A DNA stretch of 64,000 nt from Alphaproteobacteria bacterium (GCA_964291215.2 OZ219791.1:2752001-2816000); one strand, 5' to 3'. Positions 1 through 11,597 are shown, counted from the first letter of the stretch. Notes: generated from the sequence alone by a model not told the origin. Numbers and translations: made by a program.

Positions 1-3000
1 TCGGCCACAACGTGATCCAGCACGACCTGCTCCATCTGCAGGAGGCGAATGCCGAACTGCAGATCCTGACGAAACCACCGATCGACACACTCTGGCTCAA
101 TCCACTCGCCTTTCCCCGCAATCCTTACCACCGCCTGGTCAAGCACTACAAAGACGGGCGGCTACAGGCCGGAAACGCCAGTGATCCTGAAATCGACGCC
201 GGGCTCGTCCTGACTCTTCTGCGAAACCAACTGGCCGCGTTCCGTGAACTCGCACGAACTGATCCCGACCTCCTCTCCGCCCTCCATTGGCTCGCCACAT
301 CGAATGGAAACCCGCAAGGCTTCGATGCGGTCTTCCGGTCGGCAAGGGACGCGCCCAGGCCTGGCGCGCAGGAGGCTCAGCGAGCCATCCGGAACGTTCT
401 TGTCGGTCGAGCCTGCACCCACCAGATCGAGCTGGCGATCCCGGAAGCCCAGCGAACCGGTTGGCCGTTCGCCTATGCACTCTCTTGGATGTCGGTAGCC
501 GGCGAGAACTCCGTCATGCCACCCTGGGTCCGCCACCAGTTTCCCGAGGCGGGTGCACTGGTCCGAAGACTCCGCGACACGTCCTGCGTGGATCCCACCT
601 GCGCGTGGTGCCGGTCCTGGAGCGACCCAGCGAGACTGCTCGAGCAGTGGTTCGGCTTCGCGGAGTTCCGGCCGAAGCCGGCGGGCGGGGACGGACGCTC
701 CCTGCAGGGGACCATTGTCGCGGCGGCGCTCGCCAAGTCCTCGATTCTCGGCATCCTCCCGACCGGCACCGGCAAGTCGCTCTGCTATCAGCTGCCGGCG
801 CTGGCCGGCTACCACCGGACCGGCGCGCTCACGGTCGTCATCTCGCCGCTCGTCGCGCTCATGGCCGATCAGGTCGCTAGCCTGAAGCGGCAGGGCATCT
901 CGTCCTGCGTCACCGTCAACGGGCTCTTGTCCCGGCCCGAGCGGCAGGACGCGCTCGATCGGGTTCGCCTCGGCGATGCCTCGATGCTGCTGATCTCGCC
1001 GGAGCAACTCAGAAACCTCTCGGTGCGGTCAATCCTGGAGCAGCGGGAAGTGGGCTACTGGGTCGTCGACGAAGCGCACTGCGTCTCCAAGTGGGGGCAC
1101 GATTTCCGGCCGGACTACCGGTACATCGCCCGTTTCATCCGGGAGTATTCGGGAGACGGCGAACCGGCTCCGCTGATCTGCCTGACCGCGACGGCCAAGC
1201 CGGGAGTTATCGACGACATCTGCGAGCATTTTGAGGAGAGGCTGGGCGTCGACCTCCAGCGGATTGATGGTGGCGTGCACCGGGACAATCTCTCGTTCGA
1301 AGTCATCGAGACCGACAAGACCGGCAAGCTGGGCGACATCGTCGCGGTTCTCGAGAACGCGCTGCCTGCGGAAGGCGTCTCAGGTGCGATCGTCTATTGC
1401 GCGACGAGAAGCGCGACCGAGCGGGTGTCGGGCTTCCTCAAGGAAAAGGGCTACGCCGCTGGCCACTACCATGCGGGCCTGAAGCCGGAAGCCAAGCTGG
1501 AGACGCAGAAGCAGTTCGCGAACGGCACGCTCCGGGTCATCGCCGCCACCAACGCCTTCGGCATGGGAATTGATAAGTCCGACATCCGCCTTGTCGTTCA
1601 TGCCGACATCCCGGGCTCGCTCGAGAACTATGTCCAGGAAGCCGGGCGCGCCGGGCGCGACGGGGAGCCCGCCCGCTGCATCCTGCTCTACAGCAACGAC
1701 GATATCGAGAAGCAGTTCAGCCTCTCGGCGCGTTCGCGTCTCGACAAGCAGGAGATCGCCGCGATCCTGAAGTCCTTGCGACGCCTCGGCCGGCGATCGA
1801 AGCGGAAAGGCGAGGTGATCGCCACGCCAGGCGAGATCGTCAAAGAGGATGTGGACGGCGACTTCGGACGGGAAAGGGATACTGAGGATACCCGGGTGAA
1901 GATCGCTGTCTCGTGGCTCGAAGAGGCGGTGCTGCTCAAGCGCGACGAGAACTTCGTGCGGGTGTTTCCGTCGTCATTGAAGATCCGGACCATCGACGAA
2001 GCGCGCACGCGGATCGACGCCGCCGATACCACCCCGGCCTACCGGACCAGGCTTCTCCGGCTCGTACGCAGCCTGCTGGATACCCCGCCCGACCGTGGCA
2101 TCTCGACCGATGAGCTCTGCGGCGAGTCCGGCCTGACACCGGCGCGGCTGCGCAAGGCACTCCACTTCCTCGAGGCGCTCGGGATCGCCTCCAACGACAC
2201 CGCGATCACGGTCTTCATCCATCTCACTGTGGAGGATTCCTCCAGCAAGCGCCTCGCCGAGGTCTCCGGTCTCGAGAAGGATCTGCTCGACCAGTTCCGG
2301 GAGCTCGCGCCGGACCTCGAGCGGGGCCAGCTGTCCACCCTCAACCTCAGGCTCGCCTCGCAGCAGCTCCGGGATGCGGGTCACACGACGGTCCGACCTG
2401 ACATCGTCGAGACTCTCGTTCGCGGGATTGCGCGGGATGGTCGGGAGGATGCTGAGGGCACTACCAGCTTCCAGGTCCGCAAGATTGACCGCCAGCACCT
2501 CTCTCTCCGGCTGCAGCGCAGCTGGGAAAAGCTCACGCTCACCTCCCGGCTCCGTCGCCGTGCTGCTTCCGTGCTGCTTGCTTCGCTCACCGGTTTTGCG
2601 CCGCCGAACGCTCGCGGCAAGGACGTGCAGGTCGCAACCACCCTCGGCGCTCTTATCTCGGCGCTGACAAGCGATCTCGAGTTGGCGCAGGAGATCACCG
2701 ACCCCTCGAGCCTTCTCGACCATGCCCTGCTGTGGCTCCATGAGCAGGGAGCGGTGACGCTGGGTCGGGGGCTCACCATCTTTCGTCCGGCGATCACCGT
2801 CCGGCTCGAGCCAGGCAGCCGGAAATTTACCGAGACCGACTTCCAGCCGCTCCATATCCACTATGACGAGCAGACGCTCCAGACCCATATCATGGCGGCC
2901 TATGCGGAGCGCGGCCTGGACTCGATGAACGCTGCGCGCCGTCTGAGGAACGATTATTTCACGCTCGACCGGCGGGCATTCGTCGAGCGGTGGCTGCCCC

Positions 3001-4913
3001 GCAGCGCGGCTGCACTGCGCCGTCAGACCACGCCCGAATCCTGGCGCGGCATCGTCGAATCCCTCGGAAACGCCCACCAGGCTCGAGTTGTCGCCGACGA
3101 TCGTGAGCAGACCAGTGTGCTGGTGCTGGCCGGTCCGGGGTCCGGCAAAACACGCGTCCTCGTGCATCGCCTCGCTTACCTGATCCGGGTTCGCAGGCAG
3201 GATCCGCAAGGTATTCTCGCACTCGTCTACAACCGCCACGCCGCGATCGAGATACGACGCCGGCTTGTAGATCTTCTTGGCGACGATGCCCGAGATGTGA
3301 CGGTATCCACATGTCACGGCCTGGCGATGCGCCTGGTCGGGGTAAGCTTCTCCGGGCAGTCCGGTGAAATGTCGGAGAGAGACTTCGACAAGATCCTTGA
3401 GCAGGCGATCTTGCTGTTGAGGGGCAATGGTCTTTCCCGCGACGAGGCCGAGGCGCAGCGCGATACGCTGATCGAGGGTTACCGCTGGATACTGGTCGAC
3501 GAGTATCAGGACATCGGGCCGAATGAGTACGAACTGATCGCGGCTATCGCTGGCCGGTCGGCCGAGGATGAGGACAGCCGCCTCAGCCTCTTTGCCGTCG
3601 GCGACGACGACCAGAACATCTATGCCTTCAGAGGCGCATCCGTCGCATTCATCAGGCGTTTCGAGGAGGACTATGCGGCGCGCCCGGTCCATCTCATCGA
3701 AAACTACCGCTCGACGGCAAACATCATCGATGCTGCGAATTTGCTCATCGCTCCGGCTACGGGCCGCATGAAGGCCGGTCACGACATCGTCGTGAACCGC
3801 AGCCGGCGGAGAGAACATCCCGGAGGCGATCTTGAACGGCTCGACCCCATCGGGAGCGGTCGGGTTCAGATCCTGCGGGCACCCAATGACGAAGCCGTCC
3901 AAGCCGTCCTGGCGGTGAGCGAGCTGGAGCGCTTGTCCCGGCGGATCCCCGACTGGAGCTGGGACAAGGCGGCGGTGATCGCCCGCAACTGGCGTCAGCT
4001 GGGACCGGCCCGGAGTTATTGCGAGACGCATGACATCCCGGTTCAGGCCGCATCCGACGATCCACCGAATGTGTGGCGCCTGCGCGAGACACAGAGCTTG
4101 GTTGACTGGCTCAAGGGGCGGACCGGTTCCCCTGTCCTGGCCGGCGACATTGCGGGCTGGATCGGTCGACAGCCGACCGGGCACTGGTGGTCACTCCTCA
4201 GAGAGGGCCTTGACGAACTCTTTCTTGAGCTCGGTGACCGCGAGACCGACCGCATGGACGTGATCGAGTGGCTTGCCGAATGGGGGCGCAACGCCCGAAA
4301 ACGCCAGACCGGCTTGTTGCTTCTGTCGGCACACCGGGCCAAGGGCCTCGAATTCGATGATGTGGTCATTCTGGACGGAGGCTGGGACCGGCCTTCGAAC
4401 GGCGATGACGGGGACGCCGAGCGCCGGCTCTACTACGTCGCGATGACGCGTGCCCGGCGCAGCCTGGCACTTGTTTCGATGGGAAACCGCCATCCCTTCA
4501 TCGACAATTTGGGCGGACCAGTGGTAACCCATCGCTCCCCGAGCGTGAACGGCCACGATGCGGCGGATTGCGGAAGGATCTACCGGACACTCAACCCGTC
4601 GGAGGTCGACCTGGACTTCGCGGGGCGGCTGGCCAACGGTCATCGGACCCTTCAGGCCCTCGACAATATCGCTGCCGGCGACCCGGTTGGCCTGAAACAA
4701 GACGGCGACCGCTGGCTGATCATTGACCGGCACTACGTTGCAATTGGCTGCCTGGCCAGGAAGTTCGAGCCACCCAAAGGCGCCACCTTCGTCGAAGGCA
4801 GCGCCCATGCAATCACCAGGCGATATCGGTCCGATTCTGCAGAGAGCTTCCAACAACAAATCCGCCAGGAACGGTGGAATGTCGTGCTTCCTGAGCTGGT
4901 CTACACCCCCTAG
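1..4913 (+). CDS. RecQ-family helicase fused to a UvrD/REP-type SF1 helicase (5'-truncated by window edge)
   Basis: RecQ motifs LPTGTGKS, VISPLVALM, VDEAHCVSKWGHDFRPDY, ATNAFGMGIDK, YVQEAGRAGRDG; second helicase LAGPGSGKT, LVDEYQD, VGDDDQNIY, HRAKGLEFD, ERRLYYVAMTRAR; frame open to the window start. Confidence 0.9.
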   Translation, partial: GHNVIQHDLLHLQEANAELQILTKPPIDTLWLNPLAFPRNPYHRLVKHYKDGRLQAGNASDPEIDAGLVLTLLRNQLAAFRELARTDPDLLSALHWLATSNGNPQGFDAVFRSARDAPRPGAQEAQRAIRNVLVGRACTHQIELAIPEAQRTGWPFAYALSWMSVAGENSVMPPWVRHQFPEAGALVRRLRDTSCVDPTCAWCRSWSDPARLLEQWFGFAEFRPKPAGGDGRSLQGTIVAAALAKSSILGILPTGTGKSLCYQLPALAGYHRTGALTVVISPLVALMADQVASLKRQGISSCVTVNGLLSRPERQDALDRVRLGDASMLLISPEQLRNLSVRSILEQREVGYWVVDEAHCVSKWGHDFRPDYRYIARFIREYSGDGEPAPLICLTATAKPGVIDDICEHFEERLGVDLQRIDGGVHRDNLSFEVIETDKTGKLGDIVAVLENALPAEGVSGAIVYCATRSATERVSGFLKEKGYAAGHYHAGLKPEAKLETQKQFANGTLRVIAATNAFGMGIDKSDIRLVVHADIPGSLENYVQEAGRAGRDGEPARCILLYSNDDIEKQFSLSARSRLDKQEIAAILKSLRRLGRRSKRKGEVIATPGEIVKEDVDGDFGRERDTEDTRVKIAVSWLEEAVLLKRDENFVRVFPSSLKIRTIDEARTRIDAADTTPAYRTRLLRLVRSLLDTPPDRGISTDELCGESGLTPARLRKALHFLEALGIASNDTAITVFIHLTVEDSSSKRLAEVSGLEKDLLDQFRELAPDLERGQLSTLNLRLASQQLRDAGHTTVRPDIVETLVRGIARDGREDAEGTTSFQVRKIDRQHLSLRLQRSWEKLTLTSRLRRRAASVLLASLTGFAPPNARGKDVQVATTLGALISALTSDLELAQEITDPSSLLDHALLWLHEQGAVTLGRGLTIFRPAITVRLEPGSRKFTETDFQPLHIHYDEQTLQTHIMAAYAERGLDSMNAARRLRNDYFTLDRRAFVERWLPRSAAALRRQTTPESWRGIVESLGNAHQARVVADDREQTSVLVLAGPGSGKTRVLVHRLAYLIRVRRQDPQGILALVYNRHAAIEIRRRLVDLLGDDARDVTVSTCHGLAMRLVGVSFSGQSGEMSERDFDKILEQAILLLRGNGLSRDEAEAQRDTLIEGYRWILVDEYQDIGPNEYELIAAIAGRSAEDEDSRLSLFAVGDDDQNIYAFRGASVAFIRRFEEDYAARPVHLIENYRSTANIIDAANLLIAPATGRMKAGHDIVVNRSRRREHPGGDLERLDPIGSGRVQILRAPNDEAVQAVLAVSELERLSRRIPDWSWDKAAVIARNWRQLGPARSYCETHDIPVQAASDDPPNVWRLRETQSLVDWLKGRTGSPVLAGDIAGWIGRQPTGHWWSLLREGLDELFLELGDRETDRMDVIEWLAEWGRNARKRQTGLLLLSAHRAKGLEFDDVVILDGGWDRPSNGDDGDAERRLYYVAMTRARRSLALVSMGNRHPFIDNLGGPVVTHRSPSVNGHDAADCGRIYRTLNPSEVDLDFAGRLANGHRTLQALDNIAAGDPVGLKQDGDRWLIIDRHYVAIGCLARKFEPPKGATFVEGSAHAITRRYRSDSAESFQQQIRQERWNVVLPELVYTP

Positions 4914-5490
4914 AGTGTGTCATTACACGTTGAACGGACATCATGCAGCACCGCCTCACTATTCCCTCATCACCTGCCTTCCCTCGGCTGCTCTTGGCGG
5001 ATAGAAACCGGACCGTACCCGCAATGGAAACGCGCCGCCCGGGCGACGACCTGCACCAACGCCAATCGGGATTTCGCATTGAGACGGCAAATTCTCGTCA
5101 CGAGTTGTTGTAGCTGATTCCGATGTTGCTGCTATACTACTGGGTGGGTAAGAACCATCGTGGCGAGTAACTGCTCACCCCCTGATTCCAGCTTGATGTC
5201 GGGGTGACAGCCGATTGGTTTGCAGGGAGGCGGATGACTGTCGGCCGCCTTTGGGAAATTGGGGATCGGGCAGTGGTCAGTGCGCCGCAAGCGACCAAAT
5301 CCGGACGTCCTGTAGATCTGCCGGGTTGGGCCAACCGGCTGCCGGCCTCGCGCGGGCGAAGCCGGAAACTCGGATCGGGAATGCGCCTTCGACACACCGT
5401 CACAACCAACCGGCGCAAACAGATCCTGCTCAAGACGCTTGGCTCGGGTCCAAGACTTGCCCTGCTCGTAGCCCGGAATCTTCAGCATCG

Positions 5491-6022
5491 TGATCCTCTC
5501 CCGTCGAAGTGGTCCATCCTCAGGCTATGGAAAGAGGAGGACCGATGATGGCACGGAAGCGTTACAAGCCCGAGGATATCGTGGGTCTGCTGCGGCAGGC
5601 AGAAGTCCTGCACGGGCAGGTCATGTCGATGGCGGACGCGATTCGACAGTTCAGGATCAGCGAGGCCACTTTCTACAGGTGGGCAAGGAGTATGCCGGGA
5701 TGAGCGGCGATCAGCTTTGCCGTCTGAAGGATCTCGAGAAGGAGAACAAGCGGCGGCGCCGTGCGGTCCCGGACCTGAGCTGGACAAGCAGATTCTCAAG
5801 GAAGCCGTGGGGGGAAACTTCCAGGCCCCTCGTGCCGCCGCCAGTGCATCGACCATGTCTGCGACCGGATCGAGGTCTCGGAGCGCCGGGCCTGCCGGGT
5901 ACTGGGGCAGCACTGCTCGACCCGGCGCTGCATCCTGTGCGGTCGTGACGACGAGGACCGCCTGGTCGCCGACGTGATCGAGCTGACCCGCCGATATGGC
6001 GGTTACGGCTATCGACGGCTCG
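5491..6022 (+). mobile_element. IS3-family (IS407-like) remnant, orfA and start of orfB, frameshifted
   Basis: MARKRYKPEDIVGLLRQAEV...ISEATFYRW, LKDLEKEN, IELTRRYGGYGYRR; begins TGATCC. Confidence 0.75.
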
Positions 6023-6242
6023 CGGCGTCGCTGCACGAGGAGTTCGAGGCAGCCAAGGCCCGGGTCTCGGCGCTGCGCGCGGCCGGCAAGGTGTCCGAAG
6101 AGGTCGATTTCGTGATCCGCGTGTTGTTCACCTTGCTGAGCATCCTGATTGCCGTCCTGCTGGAGAAGACGACCCGCAAGACCAGCGCCAACTCCGGACT
6201 CCCGCCATCGCAGACGGACAAGGACGAGCGGCGGCAAGAGCG

Positions 6243-7441
6243 CTAGTAGTCCACCGGCATTGTATTGATGGTTTTTTTGTGGGTAGTATTTCCGTGTCGG
6301 CATCCGTTGGAATCTGGACAGTGCCGATATCCACACGGGCAGATGCCGAACAGGCAGGCAGCCCCATGCGCAGGTCCGGACAACGGGCATGCCCGCAGGT
6401 CTTCGGCGCAATGACAGGAGCGTGGCCAACTCTCAGGGCAGGAAGCTCTACCGGATGATCCTTTCGGCGCAGGAGCGCCGGGATCTGAAGGCGATCGGGC
6501 ACCGGGGCTGCCTGGCACAGGTCCTGATGCTGAGGGGCGCTTGTCGATGCCGACATTGCGCTGGGCACGGCGACGGTCGAGCGCTTGCGCAAGCGCTGCG
6601 GGGTCCGGAGGCCGCCCTCAGCCGCAAGGAGCAGGTGAACCGTCGGCCGAAACGGGGCGATGGAGGCGAAGCTGGTCTCATCCCCGCCCGAGGGCTGTGG
6701 ACGCTGAAGCTGCTCGCCGGCGTCTGGTGGAGATCGTCGAGCGCATTTCGGAAGAGACGGTCAGGAAGACGCTAAAAAAAAGAGATCAAGCCGTGGCTGA
6801 AGCAGTACTGGTGCATTCCACCGCACCGGAGCGCACAGTTCGTAGCGGCGATGGAGGATGTGCTTGACACTTATCAGCGGGACTTTGCCGGGGACGAGGT
6901 GCTGAGACCAGCCGGCAGCAGACGAAGGAAACCCGCATCCCCCGTCTCGTGCGGCCCGGTCAGCCGGAGGTGGTCGACTATGAATATGAACGAAACGGCA
7001 CGGCCAACCTCTTCCTGGCCTTTGCGCCCAACGAGAACTGGCGCACGGTGAAAGTCACCGACCGCCGCGGGACTGGGCGCACTTCATCCGGGAGCTTGCC
7101 GACGACCATTTCCCCGACAGGAAGATCGTGCTGGACAATCTGAACACGCACAGTCGCTGTATGAAGCCTTCGAGCCCGAGGAGGCGGGTGCGAAAGCGGT
7201 TCGAGTTTCGCTACACGCCCAAGCACGGGAGCTGGCTCAACATGGCCGAGATCGGTGCGCTGTCGCGGCAATGCCTTCGGCGACGCATTCCCGACCGTGA
7301 CACCATGCGGCGGGAGACGGCAGCATGGGTGGAACGGCGCAATGCGGCCGATGTCACTGTCGACTGGCGTTTCACGACGAAGGATGCCCGGACGAAACTG
7401 AAGTCTCTATATCTGTCAATCCAATAATGCCAGACTACTAG
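6243..7441 (+). mobile_element. IS630-family element, copy 1, transposase pseudogene
   Basis: CTAG-flanked inverted ends TAGTAGTC...GACTACTA; DYEYERNGTANLF, LDNLNTH, YTPKHGSWLNMAE, VDWRFTTKDAR; near-identical copies at 18128 and 51541. Confidence 0.9.
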
Positions 7442-7638
7442 TGTAGTGTCCCGTAAATAAGTGTGATATATTTTCGGTCTCTCTCGCAACAGGAGGCCTT
7501 TCGATATGCCCCGCGGCCGCCAACTTCCCCTCTGGTTGCCCACCGAAAATCCACATCCCCTTTCGTATGGGTCGTAACCGCAGATTCGATCTTCGACAAG
7601 CTTGAAAGGTTATATGCGCGTATTTGCAGGACACAACA
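7442..7638. mobile_element. MITE-like element (197 bp) at a duplicated CTAG
   Basis: Imperfect terminal inverted repeats TGTAGTGTCCCGTAAATA / TATTTGCAGGACACAACA with CTAG on both sides (7438-7441, 7639-7642); AT-richer interior, no recognisable ORF. Confidence 0.7.
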
Positions 7639-9213
7639 CTAGGGCGAACCTGCAGATGGGCGCCAACCTCCGGAAGAGCGTTGTCGAGGAGACGGTCACT
7701 GTCGAGGCCTGTGAGGCCTGCGGCGCCGACCTCTCCGAGGCCGCCTGTGTCTCGGCGTCTCGGCTACGTCAGGCGCCTCCATGACGTGCTGCTCTCATGG
7801 GAGCGGGCAGGCATCGCCCATCTGCTGGAACGCCCGGCGCTGCATGTCGACGAAACCGGCTTCCGGGTCGACGGCAGGACCCGATCGCTCCATGTCGTCA
7901 CCGACGGGACGTGCAAGTTCCTGCATCGCAAGCGCGGCAGGCAGGCGATCGAGGAGATCGGCATCATCCCGCGCTACACCGGCACGCTGGTCCACGACTG
8001 CTGGGCCGCATGCCTGGCCTACGATCAATGCACCCCCCCCCCCCCCCAGCTGTGCGGGTCCCACCTGCTCAGGGAACTGACCTTCATCGTCGACTCCAAC
8101 GGCTACCGCTGGGCACGCCTGATGAAGAAACTGCTGCGCGAGATTTGCCACAGGGTTAACCAGAGTACGACCAGGACGCTGACCGAGGCCGAACGCCGCA
8201 GCGTCATCAAGCGATACCGGACCATCCTGACCCGGGGGGCGAAGGAACTGCCTGAAATCCCGCCCCGACAGAAAGGGAAACGCGGACGGATTGCGAACGC
8301 GTACAACCTCCAGGAGCGTCTCGCAAGGCACGAAGAGTCCGTCCTGCACTTCATGAGCGACCTGGACGTCAGCCTCACTAACGACATCGGGAGCAGAAAA
8401 TTCCGATGGCAAAAGTCAGGATCAAGGTCTCCGGATGCTTCCGAACCCTGCTCCACGCCGAGGCCTGGTGCCGAAGCTCAAGCTATCTTACCTCCATGGC
8501 CGCACTCGGCCACAACCCACTCGTCGCCATCCATATCGCACTCGCCGCCGACATGATCAAGATGCACAACGCCAAACCCGCCTCTGCGGAGGGGTGAGCA
8601 GATACGTGGATCGAAGGGATCGACGTATGTCGTGCCGAACGCCGTCGACCCATGCTGCATCGGACAGAATCGACAATCATGGCAGATTCCGGAGACAGGA
8701 AGGCGCTGAGCACATCTCTCCGCGTGCCCCGGAACCGTGGGAACGTATCAAAACGGCCGGCACGGAGAAGCGCCCCGACCGGTGCACGGCTCCTCGTTGC
8801 AGTTCGGCATCGAAGCCCCTGATCGAGGGAAATGGCTGTAGCGGACACCAGGATCGAGGTCGCAAGCATCTCGTCTTTGGCCGCTCGGAACACGATCGCA
8901 GCGGGACGAGAGGGCGAAGGATTGGCACGGGACGCGGTGACGATGCTCCGCCCGGCCAGCCGTGATGAGCCCATGCACCGCAACGCCGCCCGGCGTGTTC
9001 GCCATGATGTCCCCCGGACGGGGTCGACCGAAGTCCTGAAAGGGCTTCGGGTTGCAGGCACTCCCTGTCGCGGCCCTGCCCTTCGCCCCTTGCTCATGGA
9101 CAGGCAGGCGGATAGCGTGGCCGTGCGTTCGATGCGGCTGTTCCGGGACGGCCTCGGCAAGGAAGGTTCCGCGCGCCCCGCCGCAGGTGCCGGCGCCGCG
9201 AAAGGAGAGACCG

Positions 9214-10754
9214 ATGACCCGCCGCCGTCTTCCGATCGGGATCCAGGACTTTCCGACGATCCGGAGCGAGGACTTCTACTATGTCGACAAGACATCGCTC
9301 GTCCGCAAGCTGGTGGACGAGGGGCGCCACTATTTCCTGTCCCGTCCGCGCCGCTTCGGCAAGAGCCTGCTGCTCGACACGCTGGGATCGCTGTTTGCCT
9401 GTCACGAACCGCTGTTCCGGGGACTGGACATCCACCCCCACTGGGACTGGTCGGCGCCGCGGTGCGGCTGAGCTTCGACGGGAAGTACAACGAACCGGGC
9501 GAAATCGAAGGAGACATCATCGAGCAACTTGAAAGCGTGGAGCGCGGGTACGATCTCCCGCCAGCCCGGGCCTCCGATACCGGTCCGAGGCGCCTGCGGA
9601 ACCTCCTCGACCGCCTTCACGGCGCCACCGGGCGGCAGGTGGTGGTGCTGGTGGACGAGTACGACAAGCCGATCCTCGACATGCTCCACGATCCCGGGCT
9701 CGCGACGGCCAACCGGGACTACCTGCGCGGCTTCTACGGCATCGTCAAGGGCAGCGCCAGGCATGTCCGTTTCGTCTTCGTCACCGGCGTCAGCATGTTC
9801 TCCAAGGTCAGCCTGTTCTCGGGTCTCAACAATCTGAAGGACATCAGCCTCGATCCGCGCTTCGCCACGATCTGCGGCTACCGCGAGGAGGATCTGGACC
9901 GGGTGTTTGGCCCTGAACTGGCAGGACTGGACCGCGAGAAGGTCCGCACCTGGTACAACGGCTACCACTGGCGGGGCGGGGAACGGGTCTACAATCCCTA
10001 CGATGTGCTCCTGCTGCTCGACAGCCGCGAGTTCCGCCCCTACTGGTTCGGGACCGGATCGCCGGACTTCCTGTTCCGGACGCTGATGGAGAAGTCGGTG
10101 AGCCCGATGGAACTGGAGGGGCGGCTGGCGGACATGTCCATGGTCTCGAAGTTCGATGTCGGCGACATCGAGGCGCTGCTCTTCCAGACCGGCTACCTGA
10201 CCATCGCCGGGGAGGAGCAGGATGACTTCGACGCCCTCTACCGGCTGGACTATCCCAACCTCGAGGTCCGGATCAGCCTGAACCGCGGACTGCTCGCCTG
10301 GCTGGGCAAGAAGGGGCCGCTGGAGAGGGGGCGGGAGCTCTGCGCGCTGCTGGAGGCGAACGACTTCGCGGGCTTCGGCGAGAGGCTCCGCGCCTGGCTC
10401 GCGGGCATTCCCTACCAGTGGCATGCCAGGGGCGACCTGGCGCGCTACGAGGCCTGGTATGCGAGCCTTCTCTACATGTGCCTGCGCTCTGTCGGGGTGG
10501 ACCTCGGCGTGGAGGAGGCCTCGCATCGCGGCCGTGCGGACATGGTGGTGCGTCTCGGCGGGCAGGTCTTCGTGCTGGAGTTCAAGATGGCCGACGGCGA
10601 GGAGGACGGCGCCGCCGCGCTGGATGCGGCGATGGCGCAGATGCGCGAGCGGGGCTATGCGGAGACTTGGCGCGACCACGACAGACCGGTCCACCTGATC
10701 GCCGTGGCCTGCGAGGCGCGCAACCTTCTCGATATCCGCGCCGAGGCCGCGTGA
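9214..10754 (+). pseudogene. AAA-ATPase-like protein with C-terminal PD-(D/E)XK nuclease domain, frameshifted near 9460
   Basis: MTRRRLPIGIQDF...YYVDKT...FLSRPRRFGKSL in one frame; VLVDEYDKP, TGVSMFSK, WYNGY, GRADM...VLEFK in another. Confidence 0.85.
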
Positions 10755-11204
10755 GCGGCGCCCGCGAACGCCTGCCCGACACCACGAAACGCCCCCCATC
10801 CCGGATCCCTGCACCGAACCGCTCCCGGTCGGTGCGGCCGTCCCGTGCGTCACGGTTTCACCACGCCGCTCGAGGCCTTTCAACCGGACACCGTAAACCC
10901 GTGCCCGCGCGGGAATGATCGTCCTGACCGACCCTCCGGCGGAACTTCGGTTTCAATCGGCCCTCGGTTTCCGGCAGAAGTCCTGCTCATTCGCGGCGCT
11001 ATCGGGGCTCCTCCAGCCGGGAATCCGCAAACGTGTTCCCGCTCCCGGGCGGGCTTCGCGGCTGAGGTCGATGGGAGCCGCCGCGGTGCGTCATCGTTGG
11101 GCCCGAACCTGCCCGTGCAGCAGCAGGCCGACGCGGTGGACATTGAAGGCCACCATCCGGCCGTCCGCCCCACAAGACGAGCACCCGGTCCATTCCGCGT
11201 TGCT

Positions 11205-11245
11205 CTACCCCGACATCAAGCCGGAACCAGGGGGTGAGCAGTTAA
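11205..11245 (-). repeat. Orphan copy of the IS66-type left end
   Basis: CCCCGACATCAAGCCGGAACCAGGGGGTGAGCAGTTA is the near-exact reverse complement of the ends at 5167 and 19348. Confidence 0.7.
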
Positions 11246-11597
11246 AACTCGCTAACATTCCCCCGGACCAGTTGACGGGGGCAGGTCAGTGAGCGGTGCC
11301 GCCAGTCATAGACCAGCTTGGCGATCCGGGTCCGAATCTTCATGTCAATCGTACGCAGAATTGCAGCGGCCATATTCATAGTTCGACTACCCGATCGCTG
11401 CCAGCTCGGCGACATTGCCCCACTTACGCCAGCGCCCGTCGGCACACAGGAACCGGGGCTCGATGTTCGGGCGGCCAAACTTCTTCAAGTGCCGCCGGGT
11501 GCCATACGCCCGGGTCTCGATGCCGTCGCCCGCCTTCGACGAGCGTGCAGCCTTCATGGCCTCATCGGAGCTGTAGTAAATCAATCCGTAGCAGCAG

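Larger units (their letters stand above)
5167..8605 (+). mobile_element. Degenerate IS66-family element containing nested IS3 remnant, IS630 copy and MITE
   Basis: Ends GTAACTGCTCACCCC (5167) and GGGGTGAGCAGATAC (8591-8605) are inverted repeats; transposase fragments NSGLPPSQTDK (about 6190), LHVDETGFRVDG, HDCWA, LCGSHLLREL, RIKVSGCFRT across shifted frames. Confidence 0.8.

Noticed and set aside
1974-4184. Long antisense ORFs (also 12944-14614, 32340-33965, 42690-44078)
   Set aside because: Shadow frames of real GC-rich genes, with no recognisable motifs.
5159-8613. Target-site duplications around the IS66 elements (also 19348-20802)
   Set aside because: Flanks match only partly (CGTGGCGA vs GTGGATCG; TATGATTG vs TCAGATTG), so not supportable.
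10890-11060. CCCGTGCCCGCGCGGGAATGA and GTGTTCCCGCTCCCGGG resemble CRISPR I-E or REP units
   Set aside because: Isolated and dissimilar, with no regular repeat-spacer periodicity and no cas genes in the window.
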